11,894 bases of DNA, taken from a bacterium. GTDB taxonomy: Bacteria; BMS3Abin14. Below are positions 1 through 8,376 of the stretch, in pieces (the first letter of the stretch is position 1; every line of letters starts with the position of its first letter). The stretch covers positions 199,798 through 211,691 of the forward strand of contig CP070698.1 of the NCBI GenBank assembly GCA_020349685.1, written 5' to 3'. The notes under the pieces are model-generated. The model searched no databases. It was not told where the DNA came from and saw nothing but the letters and a program-made list of their open reading frames with translations. Position numbers and translations under genes: made by a program.

Positions 1-93
1 TCCCAGCTCTTTCATCCGGATGGCCCGGTCAACGAGGGAGGCGAGCTGTTCCGGTTCCATATCCAGGAGGGTTATGAAATCTCTCTTCTTCAA
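1..93 (-). CDS. argF: Ornithine carbamoyltransferase, N-terminal fragment (runs off the window start)
   Basis: Manual translation from TTG at 93 gives MKKRDFITLLDMEPEQLASLVDRAIRMKELG, a typical OTCase N-terminus (RDFl-l-D...E...l...A..mK). It starts 4 nt after the argD stop and fits the argB-argD-argF order. Only 31 codons are visible. Confidence 0.75.
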   Translation of the reverse strand, partial: MKKRDFITLLDMEPEQLASLVDRAIRMKELG

Positions 94-97
94 TATT

Positions 98-1312
98 TCA
101 CCCTGAACTTTCTGCTAGGGTCTCGTCGAGCGCGGCGAGGACGGAGTCCACCTCGATGTCCGATATCGTAAGAGGGGGGGTGAACCGCAGCGTGGTTTCA
201 GCCACGGCCGTCACCAGATAACCCTTCTCGAGAAGGGTTTGCACAAAAGGCGCCGCAGGTTGCGACAGCTCCAGGCCCATAAGGAGGCCGAGGCCCTTCA
301 CACCTTTGACCAGGGAGGGATATTTTTCCATCAGCTTTTCCAGGCCACCTCTAAGACGCTTGCCGGCGGCCTGGGCCCTGCGCGGCAGGTCTTCCGCCTC
401 GAGGATGTTTAATGTGGCCAGGGCCGCGGAGCAGGCGAGGGGGTTCCCGCCAAAGGTGCTCCCGTGGGTTCCGGGACCCAGGGCCGCCGCCAGGTCGCTT
501 TTCGCCAGGACGGCACCGATGGGAAATCCGTTGGCGAGACCCTTGGCGAGGGTCATGACATCCGGTTCGATCCCGTAGACCTGGTGCGCAAAGAGGGCCC
601 CGCACCGGCCCATTCCGGTCTGGACTTCGTCCACCATGAAGAGAACGTCCTCTTTCCGGCACAGGTCGGCGGCCTTGAGCAGAAAATCCCGGTCGATAAG
701 GTTCACGCCTCCTTCGCCCTGAACCAGTTCGACGAACAGCGCGCTGGCGCTGGGGAGGTGTCCCTCGAGGTTCTCGATGTCCCCTGGTGCTATGTGGACA
801 AAACCCTCGGGATAAGGCGAGAAGGCCTCAAGGTGATGTTTGGGGTCGGTGGCCGTAAGAGCCTTCATGGTCCGGCCGTGAAACGCCCCGTAAAAGCTGA
901 TGATCAGGTTCCGCCCGGCGCCATACTTTTCAAAGGATCTCTTGCGGGCAAGCTTGATCGCAGTCTCGGAGGCTTCGGCCCCGCTGTTGCAGAAAAAGAC
1001 CCTGTCCAGGTTCGTCAGGGAGGTCAGTCTTTCGGCGAGGATCGCCTGCACGTCACTGTAGTACCAGTTTGATACGTGAACCAGGCGTCCGGCCTGGTTT
1101 ACAATGGCCCGGGTCACTCCCGGGTGGCAGTGCCCAAGGTTGCAGGTGGCGATGCCGGCGACGAAGTCGAGATATTCCTTACCGTCCGTGTCGCGCAGGC
1201 GGCTGCCCCGCCCGCTTGTGAAGACCACAGGGAACTGCCGGTAGTTGGGAAAGAGAGAGCTGCCGGCAGCGTCCAGATATTCGCGGGTGCTCTTTCCATA
1301 TACCCCGGTCAT
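98..1312 (-). CDS. argD: Acetylornithine aminotransferase (class III PLP-dependent)
   Basis: 404 aa with [38 protein letters not shown], the PLP-lysine motif [13 protein letters not shown] and [13 protein letters not shown] overlap with argB. Confidence 0.93.
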   Translation of the reverse strand: MTGVYGKSTREYLDAAGSSLFPNYRQFPVVFTSGRGSRLRDTDGKEYLDFVAGIATCNLGHCHPGVTRAIVNQAGRLVHVSNWYYSDVQAILAERLTSLTNLDRVFFCNSGAEASETAIKLARKRSFEKYGAGRNLIISFYGAFHGRTMKALTATDPKHHLEAFSPYPEGFVHIAPGDIENLEGHLPSASALFVELVQGEGGVNLIDRDFLLKAADLCRKEDVLFMVDEVQTGMGRCGALFAHQVYGIEPDVMTLAKGLANGFPIGAVLAKSDLAAALGPGTHGSTFGGNPLACSAALATLNILEAEDLPRRAQAAGKRLRGGLEKLMEKYPSLVKGVKGLGLLMGLELSQPAAPFVQTLLEKGYLVTAVAETTLRFTPPLTISDIEVDSVLAALDETLAESSG

Positions 1313-2190
1313 GGCAGGATCTCCGTTCCGATGCCTGTCTGGGTGAAGATCTCCAGGAGGACTGCATGGTTGACCCTTCCGTCAACGATGTGGACTTTGG
1401 AAACGCCCCCATCGAGGGCCGAGATCGCCGCCTCCACCTTGGGGATCATCCCCCCGTGGACGACCCCGGCGGCAACCATGCTGTCGAGCCGCTCCCTGCC
1501 GATGGAGGAGACCAGTTCGCCCTTCTCATCCGTGATTCCGGGTACATCGGTCATCAGGACAAGCTTTTTCGCCCTGAGCGCAGCGGCAAGGGCCCCGGCG
1601 ACGGAGTCGGCATTGATGTTGTAGGTGTTTCCATCGACGTCGACGCCCACGGGCGCGATGACGGGTATGAAATTGCCCTCATCCAGCCGATGGATCACTT
1701 CCGGATGAACGGAGATGATCCGCCCCACCTTTCCGGTATCGATGATCTCGGGGGGGCCGTCACCCCCTGGCGACTCGTGGATGAGAAGCTTCTCGGCGAA
1801 GAACAGGCCCCCGTCCTTGCCGGTCAACCCTACGGCCTTTCCACCGTGTTTCTGGATAAGGGCCACGATCTCCTTGTTCACCTTGCCGCCCAGGACCATC
1901 TCCACGACATCCATGGTCTCGTCGTCGGTGACCCTGTGTCCGCGAACGAACTTTGACTCCTTGCCCATCTTTTCGAGAGTCTTCCCGATCTGCGGTCCTC
2001 CGCCGTGGACCACGACAGGTTTGAGGCCGACATAGCGGAGCAGGATGATGTCCCGGGCGAAATTGGACCGCAGGTCCTCACTGACCATGGCGCTGCCGCC
2101 GTATTTGATGACGACTGTTTTCCCCGTAAATTCCCTTATGTAAGGCAGGGCCTCGAGCAGGATGTCCGCTTTTTTGATAAGTTCTTTCAT
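1309..2190 (-). CDS. argB: Acetylglutamate kinase (NAGK)
   Basis: 293 aa with [25 protein letters not shown] and GGMIPK. The N-terminal [11 protein letters not shown] helix and C-terminal LLEIFT..GIGT are typical of the arginine-inhibited hexameric type. Confidence 0.96.
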   Translation of the reverse strand: MKELIKKADILLEALPYIREFTGKTVVIKYGGSAMVSEDLRSNFARDIILLRYVGLKPVVVHGGGPQIGKTLEKMGKESKFVRGHRVTDDETMDVVEMVLGGKVNKEIVALIQKHGGKAVGLTGKDGGLFFAEKLLIHESPGGDGPPEIIDTGKVGRIISVHPEVIHRLDEGNFIPVIAPVGVDVDGNTYNINADSVAGALAAALRAKKLVLMTDVPGITDEKGELVSSIGRERLDSMVAAGVVHGGMIPKVEAAISALDGGVSKVHIVDGRVNHAVLLEIFTQTGIGTEILP

Positions 2191-3746
2191 GTCGCCACCT
2201 TGCTCTTCAACCAGTTGAGCTCCTTCACTCTCTGCCTGACCTCCTGGTTGGCCTCCTCCAGCTGCTTGTTCGTCTCCACGACCTCGTCGATGCTCTTGAT
2301 CAGGTTCTGGTATAGCCAGGCCTGTTTGATGGCCATGGACGCCGGGGGAGAAACGGCTTCGAGGATCTCTTTATCCCAGTCATCAAAGGTAAGGTTCTCC
2401 TCCTTATTGTACACGGCGAGCACGCCGAGGACTTTGTCACCGGAAAGCAGGGGCGTCGCGGCGATGTTTCTGGGCGTGATACCCTTGGGGAAATCCGCCG
2501 CGACCTCCACACCGCTGTCGCCGGCTATTGTGTTTTTGATGACCACCTTTCCATTCCTGAGGACCGTTGAGATGACCCCGCTTCCCACGGGAACAGGCTC
2601 ACTGGATTTTTCCACCTGGTCCTCGGGGGCGACGTGTTCGATGTGGATCTTGTTTCCCCCCGGGTCCGAGAAGGCGAGGATGCCGCAAGTGGCCCTCAGA
2701 CCGGTCATGACCTTGCCCAGCAGGGCTTTGTATATCTGAGGCGGGTCCACAGTGGACACGAGCGTCTCGACGATCCCGTTTATGAACTGGAGCTTGAGTT
2801 TTTCCCTCTCCATCCTCTTCATCATGAAGATGTTGGCCACAGCCATGGACATCTGATTGGCGAAGGTGTTGAGGATGGCCAGGTCGCCTTCCGTAAACGG
2901 CTTCCTGTCCTTCTTGTCGTTGGCTGTGATCACACCGATGACCTTGGTGCCGCACAGGAGAGGCGTCACGATAAAGGACGAGGACTCGTATTGCCTTGTA
3001 TACTCGTTGGTCAGACCTCTCGTTTCCTTTGCCGCGTTCTCCACAAGAAAGGGCACTCCCTCCCTGACCACCCGCCCGGCGATGCCCTGGTTAACGGGCT
3101 GGCGGATGTTGGGGATCTTGCTCGGCAGGATCCAGTTGGACTTGGCCATGACGAGCTCTTTGCCGTCGCGGCTCATGAGCATCAGGGAGACCTTCTTGGC
3201 ATCGAGCACCTCAGAGATGAGATCGATGGATCTGCTTAAAAAATCGCTCTCTTTAAGAACGTCCTCCGGGGGCAGATCGCCCTCCTCGATGTGGGTCAGT
3301 TCGCTTGTCTGCTTTTCGAGCATCTGCAGTCTCGAAACCTGATGGTCTATGACCTCCTGGAGGTGTTTTTTCTCCAGGAGGTGCCTGATCACGATAAGAA
3401 CGTCCTCGACCTTGACGGGTTTGTTCAGGAACCATGCCGCCCCTCTGCTGAGGGCTCTCTGGGCGGACTGTCTGTCCTCTTCCCCAATGATCATCAGGAC
3501 GGGTGCCTTGGGCTGGAATTTGCGAATGGCAATGAGGGTGTCGAGCCCGGACAGCCCGGACAGCCTGTCCGCAAGGAAGATGATACCGATGTTTTCCTGG
3601 TTGCGTACCGCGGCGATCCCCTTCTGCCCGTCGTTCGCTTCCTGAACCTCGAAACCCTCGTTGGTGAGGATACCCTTGAGCATCTGGCGGCTGGCATGGT
3701 CGCTGTCTATTATTATCGCCCGGTTCATGAACTTACTTACCTCCAT
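2187..3746 (-). CDS. Signalling protein: atypical receiver domain, two GAF domains and a C-terminal coiled coil, no output domain. The true start may be ATG at 3728.
   Basis: Residues ~8-125 have the receiver pattern (IIIDSD..., GAAWFLNKP). Two GAF repeats follow ([10 protein letters not shown]...SFIVTPL...VIGVI..NDK...F and [10 protein letters not shown]...IAATPL...[10 protein letters not shown]...F). TAATG overlap with hslU and ATGA overlap with argB. A GGAGGT lies 10 nt upstream of the ATG at 3728. Confidence 0.88.
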   Translation of the reverse strand: MEVSKFMNRAIIIDSDHASRQMLKGILTNEGFEVQEANDGQKGIAAVRNQENIGIIFLADRLSGLSGLDTLIAIRKFQPKAPVLMIIGEEDRQSAQRALSRGAAWFLNKPVKVEDVLIVIRHLLEKKHLQEVIDHQVSRLQMLEKQTSELTHIEEGDLPPEDVLKESDFLSRSIDLISEVLDAKKVSLMLMSRDGKELVMAKSNWILPSKIPNIRQPVNQGIAGRVVREGVPFLVENAAKETRGLTNEYTRQYESSSFIVTPLLCGTKVIGVITANDKKDRKPFTEGDLAILNTFANQMSMAVANIFMMKRMEREKLKLQFINGIVETLVSTVDPPQIYKALLGKVMTGLRATCGILAFSDPGGNKIHIEHVAPEDQVEKSSEPVPVGSGVISTVLRNGKVVIKNTIAGDSGVEVAADFPKGITPRNIAATPLLSGDKVLGVLAVYNKEENLTFDDWDKEILEAVSPPASMAIKQAWLYQNLIKSIDEVVETNKQLEEANQEVRQRVKELNWLKSKVAT

Positions 3747-5095
3747 TAGAGTATGTAACGGCTCAGATCCTCGTCTCCGACCACTTCGGCCAGTTTGCTC
3801 TGGACCGTGTTCTGGTCGATCACGATCTCGTCGTCGGTGAGATCGGGGGCCTGAAAGGAAATGTCTTCCAGCAGTTTTTCCATGATCGTGTGCAGCCGTC
3901 TCGCTCCGATGTTCTCGGTCCTGGTGTTGACCTCTTCGGCCATATGCGCGATGGCCTCCACGGCGTCCGGCGTGAAGGTGAGCTTGAGTCCCTCGGTCCG
4001 GAGCAGCTCCATGTACTGGAGGATCAGCGCGTTCTCCGGTTCCGTCAGGATGCGCACAAAATCGTCCCGTGATAGAGGGTCGAGCTCGACGCGTATGGGG
4101 AACCTCCCTTGCAGTTCAGGGAGGAGATCCGATGGTTTGCTTCCGTGGAAGGCCCCCGCGGCGATGAACAGGATGTGATCGGTTTTCACCATACCGTGCT
4201 TGGTTGTGACGGTTGTTCCTTCAATGATAGGCAGAAGATCCCTCTGCACCCCTTCGCGGGACACGTCGGGCCCCTGGGTGGTGCTGCGCCCGCTGATCTT
4301 GTCGATCTCGTCCAGGAACACGATGCCGCTCTGCTCCACCCGGGAAATGGCTTCGGTGGTGACATTTTCCATATCGATGAGCTTGGCCGCTTCCTCCTGG
4401 GCCAGGATCTCCAGGGCTTCCGGCAGCCGTACCTTGCGGATCTTTTTCTTACGCGGGAACAGGTTGCCCATCATGTCCTTCAGGTTTATGTCCATCCCTT
4501 CCGTTCCGGGGGCGTTGAAGATCTCGATAAAGGGCGTGGCTCTCTCTTCAACCTGGATCTCCACCTCTCTCTCGTCCAGCTGGGAATTGCGGAGCATCCG
4601 GCGCAGCTTTTCCCTGGTTTCAACGCTCGGAGGCGTTCCCTGCCCCTCTTCCGAGCCTGGAGGCCGGATGGCGCTCCTGGGCAGGAGAAGATCGAGGACC
4701 CGTTCCTCCGCGAGCATCTCGGCCCTTTCCATGACCGACACGACCTTTTCTTCCTTGAGCATCTTGATGGCCAGTTCCACGAGGTCGCGAACAATGGATT
4801 CCACGTCGCGTCCCACGTACCCGACCTCGGTGAATTTTGTGGCTTCCACTTTGATAAAAGGTGAGTCGGCAAGGGATGCCAGGCGACGGGCGATCTCGGT
4901 CTTTCCCACTCCGGTGGGTCCCATCATGATAATGTTCTTCGGGGCGATCTCGTCCCTGAGTTCCTTGGGGACCTGCTGCCGCCGCCACCGGTTCCTCAGG
5001 GCTATCGCAACGCAACGCTTCGCCTTGTCCTGACCTATGATGAAGCGGTCAAGGCTGTCGACGATCTCGCGTGGTGTGAAGTTTTTCTGGGGCAT
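3746..5095 (-). CDS. hslU: ATP-dependent protease ATPase subunit HslU (ClpY)
   Basis: 449 aa with TPREIV, Walker A GPTGVGKT, pore loop GYVG, Walker [24 protein letters not shown] and C-terminal DLSRYIL. Confidence 0.98.
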   Translation of the reverse strand: MPQKNFTPREIVDSLDRFIIGQDKAKRCVAIALRNRWRRQQVPKELRDEIAPKNIIMMGPTGVGKTEIARRLASLADSPFIKVEATKFTEVGYVGRDVESIVRDLVELAIKMLKEEKVVSVMERAEMLAEERVLDLLLPRSAIRPPGSEEGQGTPPSVETREKLRRMLRNSQLDEREVEIQVEERATPFIEIFNAPGTEGMDINLKDMMGNLFPRKKKIRKVRLPEALEILAQEEAAKLIDMENVTTEAISRVEQSGIVFLDEIDKISGRSTTQGPDVSREGVQRDLLPIIEGTTVTTKHGMVKTDHILFIAAGAFHGSKPSDLLPELQGRFPIRVELDPLSRDDFVRILTEPENALILQYMELLRTEGLKLTFTPDAVEAIAHMAEEVNTRTENIGARRLHTIMEKLLEDISFQAPDLTDDEIVIDQNTVQSKLAEVVGDEDLSRYIL

Positions 5096-5103
5096 AAGCT
5101 ATA

Positions 5104-5138
5104 ATTCCAAATTCCAGATTCCAGATTCCAGATTTCTG
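5104..5138. repeat. Heptamer tandem array (ATTCCAG)n
   Basis: ATTCCAA-ATTCCAG-ATTCCAG-ATTCCAG-ATTTCTG read directly. It ends 8 nt upstream of the hslU ATG. Confidence 0.9.
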
Positions 5139-5206
5139 TTAAAGATAAAATCCCATTTTCAAGATCCTGAAGAGAGTTGTCACTCTAAACAAATCATATT
5201 TTATCC

Positions 5207-5276
5207 AGACCTTAAACCCTAGACCCTAGACCCTAGACACTAGACACTAGACACTAGACACTAGACACTAGACACT
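5207..5276. repeat. Heptamer tandem array (AGACMCT)n, 10 units
   Basis: AGACCTT-AAACCCT-AGACCCTx2-AGACACTx6 read directly. It lies 4 nt past the hslV stop codon. Confidence 0.97.
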
Positions 5277-5280
5277 GCCT

Positions 5281-5808
5281 CTATTCCAGTTCTTCTATCG
5301 TGATCTCCTCATTCGTGTAGACGCAAATCCTGGCGGCAATGCCCAGGGCCTCCTTCACCACCTCGGCTGCTCCCATATTGGTGTGGTCCAGCAGCGCCCT
5401 GGCGGCGGCGCTGGCGTAGGGGCCGCCTGAGCCGATGGCCAGGGCCCCTCCCTCGGGTTCGAGCACATCCCCGGTTCCGGAAATGAGGAAAAGGCTCTCT
5501 CGGTCGGCCACTGCCATCAGGGCCTCCAGCCTGCGAAGCACCCTGTCCGTCCTCCAGTCCTTGGCCAGTTCCACCGCCGCTCTCGACAGGTTCCCCTGGT
5601 GCTGCTCGAGTTTCTTTTCAAAACGCTCGAAGAGGGTGAACGCATCCGCTGTGGATCCCGCGAATCCCGCCAGGATCTTTCCCTGGTAAAGGGTGCGGAC
5701 CTTTCTGGCCGTGTGCTTGATCACCGTATCGCCGATGGTGACCTGGCCGTCGCCGCCCATGGCAACTTTACCGTCACGTCGGACTGCCAGCACGGTGGTC
5801 CCTTTCAT
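5281..5808 (-). CDS. hslV: ATP-dependent protease peptidase subunit HslV (ClpQ)
   Basis: C-terminal 175 aa of the 5281..6471 ORF: [50 protein letters not shown] at 5808 overlaps the xerC TGA (ATGA), with a G-rich RBS upstream. Confidence 0.97.
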   Translation of the reverse strand: MKGTTVLAVRRDGKVAMGGDGQVTIGDTVIKHTARKVRTLYQGKILAGFAGSTADAFTLFERFEKKLEQHQGNLSRAAVELAKDWRTDRVLRRLEALMAVADRESLFLISGTGDVLEPEGGALAIGSGGPYASAAARALLDHTNMGAAEVVKEALGIAARICVYTNEEITIEELE

Positions 5809-6743
5809 AACCGACCCCCCTTTCGTTCTGATCTGGGATGGGACCTGTCGTAGACCTCCAGAAGCCTGTCGAGGGTGACGTGGGTGTATCGCTGGGTCGT
5901 CTGAAGGCTCTCGTGTCCCAGCATCTCCTGAATGGCCCGAAGGTCGGCGCCGCTGTCGAGAAGGTGGGTGGCGAAGGTGTGCCTGATGACGTGAGGGCTG
6001 ATCCTCGTGTCCAGGCCGCATTCCCGGAGCCTGTTTTCCAGGCGCTTCTGGATCCCCCGGACGCTGAGCCGGTCCCCATGCCGGTTGAGGAATACGGGCG
6101 CGCCGTGCTCCGTCGCCGGCCATCGACCGGTTACCTTCAGGTACTCGAGGAGGCGGCCTGAAGCCCTCGTGCCAAGGGGAACGATCCTCGTTTTGTTGCC
6201 TTTGCCCCGGATTCGTATGACCTGCCCTTCCTGATCCCAGTCGCCGGTGTTGAGGCCGGCGAGCTCGCTGACCCTGATCCCGGAAGAATAGAAAAGCTCC
6301 CAGATGGTCCTGTCCCTGATGTCGATAGGGCGGTCCCCCGAGGAGCCGTCCAGGAGGGCGGTAACCTCCTCGAGGCTCAGAAATCTCGGGTTGTTCTTTC
6401 GAGCCTTGGGTGTGGGGACGGAATCGCAGGGGTTGTTGTCCAGGACACCCTCCCGGACAAGATATCGGCACAGGGACCTGACCGCCGAGACCTTTCTCGC
6501 CATCGTCGACCGGGCGAGCCCCCTTCGGAACAGGTAGCCGATGAAGGATCGCACCGAGTCCGGGCTTTCCGGCGGGAGCTTCTTCTCGTCCAGGTACTGG
6601 AAGTACTCGTCAAGATCCCTTCTGTAGGCCGAAACGGTATTGGGAGATGAGCCCCGGACCTTCTCCATGTACAGCAGGAATTCCGGAAGCTTTTGCCTCG
6701 CGGATCCAGAAATTGTGGTGGAACCCTGAGATCGATCCGTCAT
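5805..6743 (-). CDS. xerC: Tyrosine recombinase XerC (XerC/CodV type)
   Basis: 312 aa with N-terminal [12 protein letters not shown] and the full catalytic set: SSGIRVSEL (R), GKGNKTR (K), SPHVIRH (HxxR), MLGH, TTQRYTH (Y). Position between trmFO and hslV favours xerC over xerD. Confidence 0.9.
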   Translation of the reverse strand: MTDRSQGSTTISGSARQKLPEFLLYMEKVRGSSPNTVSAYRRDLDEYFQYLDEKKLPPESPDSVRSFIGYLFRRGLARSTMARKVSAVRSLCRYLVREGVLDNNPCDSVPTPKARKNNPRFLSLEEVTALLDGSSGDRPIDIRDRTIWELFYSSGIRVSELAGLNTGDWDQEGQVIRIRGKGNKTRIVPLGTRASGRLLEYLKVTGRWPATEHGAPVFLNRHGDRLSVRGIQKRLENRLRECGLDTRISPHVIRHTFATHLLDSGADLRAIQEMLGHESLQTTQRYTHVTLDRLLEVYDRSHPRSERKGGRL

Positions 6744-6827
6744 GAGAAGTCACCCCGCCCTCATCCATCCGAAACAAAAATAATAGGAGTTTTGGAGGGT
6801 ATTGTCCAGAGGGGAGAGCGTGACCTG

Positions 6828-6859
6828 AGCACGCAGCACGCAGGACGCAGCACGCAGCA
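6828..6859. repeat. Heptamer tandem array (AGCACGC)n, left arm of an inverted pair
   Basis: AGCACGC-AGCACGC-AGGACGC-AGCACGC-AGCA read directly. Confidence 0.95.
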
Positions 6860-7038
6860 GGAAAAATTTCATCTATGATCCAGTGCCCAGACGGGTGCTG
6901 TTTATTTAAAGCTGTGAAAAGCACATTAATAAATGGAATGGCCGGTTTGAGAGGGGATCATACGATTCTTTAAAAAAGACAGTGATATTATCGAAACGGA
7001 TTTTTCCTGGATATCATGCAATTTGCCGGATTTTGATC

Positions 7039-8376
7039 TTATTCCGCGTGCTGCGTGCTGCGTGCTGCGTCCTGCTCTTCCAGCCACTCCCCCATATCCC
7101 TCAACGCCCTCTCTGCCAGCATCCGCCGTTTCACGTCCTTCTTCTGCTTCGGGTCGGGCAGAGGGGGCAGGAGACCGAACTGGGCGTTAACCGGCGTGAA
7201 GGGCGAGACCCCGGTATCGGTGAGTTTTCTCAGGATCGCCCCTGTCATGGTGGTTTCCGGTGGAGGAACAGGCTGGCGACCTGCCAGGAGACCAGAAATG
7301 TTAAGCCCCGCTAAGAGGCCGCTCGCCGTCGATTCGACGTAGCCCTCCACACCGGCTACCTGACCGCAAAAGAAGATCCGCGGATCCTTACGGAACCTCT
7401 GCGCAGTGTCCAGCACCGAAGGGGCGTCGATGTAGGTGTTCCGGTGTATGGTGCCGAGGCGCTCGAAGGTCGCGCTGCCCAGGCCCGGGATGGTCCTGAA
7501 TATCCGCTCCTGATCCGGAAAGCGCAGACGGGTCTGGAAACCCACCATGCTGTAGGAGGTAGCCGCCCTGTTCTCGGGTCGCAGCTGGATCACGGCATAG
7601 GGTCTTTTGCCGCTTCTAGGATCGATCAGTCCCACGGGTCTCAGGGGCCCGAAGGCCAGGGTCCTCTCCCCCCGGGATGCGAGCTCCTCGATGGGCATGC
7701 AGGCCTCGAAATAGCGTGCCTCCTCGAATTCGTGGGGTTTTAGCGGATCGGCTGATCTTAAGGCCGATACCAGGGACTCGTACTGGCTCCGGTCAAGGGG
7801 GCAGTTGACATAGGCCCCGGAGCCGGGGTCCTGGTAGCGGTCCTGAACAAACACCTCGTCCCACGAGATGGTGTCGGCCTCCACGATGGGGGCGATGGCG
7901 TCATAGAAAAAAAGGGATTGTGTTCCCAAAAGGCTCTGGATGGTATCGGCCAGTCCGCCCGAGGTCAGCGGGCCCGAGGCGATGAGGACGAAGCCCTCTT
8001 CGGGGAGGGTCGTCACTTCCTCCCGGACGACCTGAATGAGAGGCGACCGGCCGATGAGATCCGTCACCGTGCGGGCAAATTCGCATCGGTCAACGCACAG
8101 GGAGGACCCGCCGGGGATCGCCGTCTTAAGGGCTGTATCCAGGATCAGGGACCCGGCGAGGCAAAGCTCCTCCTTGAGGAGGCCCGAGGCGCGGTCCGTT
8201 CTTAGTGACTTGAGGGAGTTGCTGCAGACCAGTTCAGCCAGATCGCCGGTCCGGTGGGCCGGTGATGGGACGTCGGGGCGCATCTCGAAAAGCCGGACGG
8301 CAAATCCCCTGAGCGCGATCTGCCACGCGGCCTCGCATCCGGCGAGGCCGCCGCCGATCACGTTAACCAGATCCAT
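7039..8376 (-). CDS. trmFO: Methylenetetrahydrofolate--tRNA-(uracil-54)-methyltransferase TrmFO (Gid)
   Basis: 445 aa with the FAD-binding motif VIGGGLAGCEAAWQ, AELVCSNS, FFYDAIAP, YFEACMPIE, GPLRPVGL, MVGFQTRL, HRNTY and GVEGYVES. Confidence 0.97.
   Translation of the reverse strand: MDLVNVIGGGLAGCEAAWQIALRGFAVRLFEMRPDVPSPAHRTGDLAELVCSNSLKSLRTDRASGLLKEELCLAGSLILDTALKTAIPGGSSLCVDRCEFARTVTDLIGRSPLIQVVREEVTTLPEEGFVLIASGPLTSGGLADTIQSLLGTQSLFFYDAIAPIVEADTISWDEVFVQDRYQDPGSGAYVNCPLDRSQYESLVSALRSADPLKPHEFEEARYFEACMPIEELASRGERTLAFGPLRPVGLIDPRSGKRPYAVIQLRPENRAATSYSMVGFQTRLRFPDQERIFRTIPGLGSATFERLGTIHRNTYIDAPSVLDTAQRFRKDPRIFFCGQVAGVEGYVESTASGLLAGLNISGLLAGRQPVPPPETTMTGAILRKLTDTGVSPFTPVNAQFGLLPPLPDPKQKKDVKRRMLAERALRDMGEWLEEQDAARSTQHAE
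7046..7075. repeat. Heptamer tandem array (GCGTGCT)n, right arm of the inverted pair, inside the trmFO 3' end
   Basis: GCGTGCTx3-GCGTCCT-GC, the reverse complement of the 6828-6859 unit. Confidence 0.95.

Noticed and set aside
3544-3565. 9-bp direct repeat AGCCCGGAC x2 plus AGCC
   Set aside because: It is in frame within the receiver domain (LSGLSGL, the beta3-alpha3 loop) and explained by the protein sequence.
5140-5190. Heat-shock elements near hslU (CTTGAAA as sigma32 -35, CIRCE, CtsR heptads)
   Set aside because: No CCCCAT -10 at the proper spacing, no TTAGCACTC-N9-GAGTGCTAA, and the heptamers do not match the CtsR RGTCAAA consensus.
5207-5276. Array considered as a CRISPR, a telomere-like repeat (one AAACCCT unit) or a G-quadruplex
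   Set aside because: There are no spacers or cas genes and the unit is only 7 bp. The telomere-like unit occurs once, and the minus strand has only three GGG runs.
5809-6471. Apparent 221-aa N-terminal extension of HslV in the 396-aa ORF
   Set aside because: It is an alternative frame overlapping xerC. HslV needs a near-N-terminal Thr, and MKGTT at 5808 has its own RBS and an ATGA overlap.
6860-7038. Possible dif site or prophage/integron context for the tyrosine recombinase
   Set aside because: No match to the dif consensus (TTATGTTAAAT arm absent). The recombinase is in the standard chromosomal trmFO-xerC-hslV context with no integron-integrase insertion or phage genes.
6610-7314. Small ORFs crossing the spacers (6610..6924 -, 6693..6878 +, 6982..7314 +; likewise 5037..5222 + and 10667..10972 +)
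   Set aside because: They overlap real genes, and their distinctive peptides (AACCVLRAAC, STQHAGRSTQ, FQIPDSR) are just translations of the heptamer arrays. No recognisable domain.
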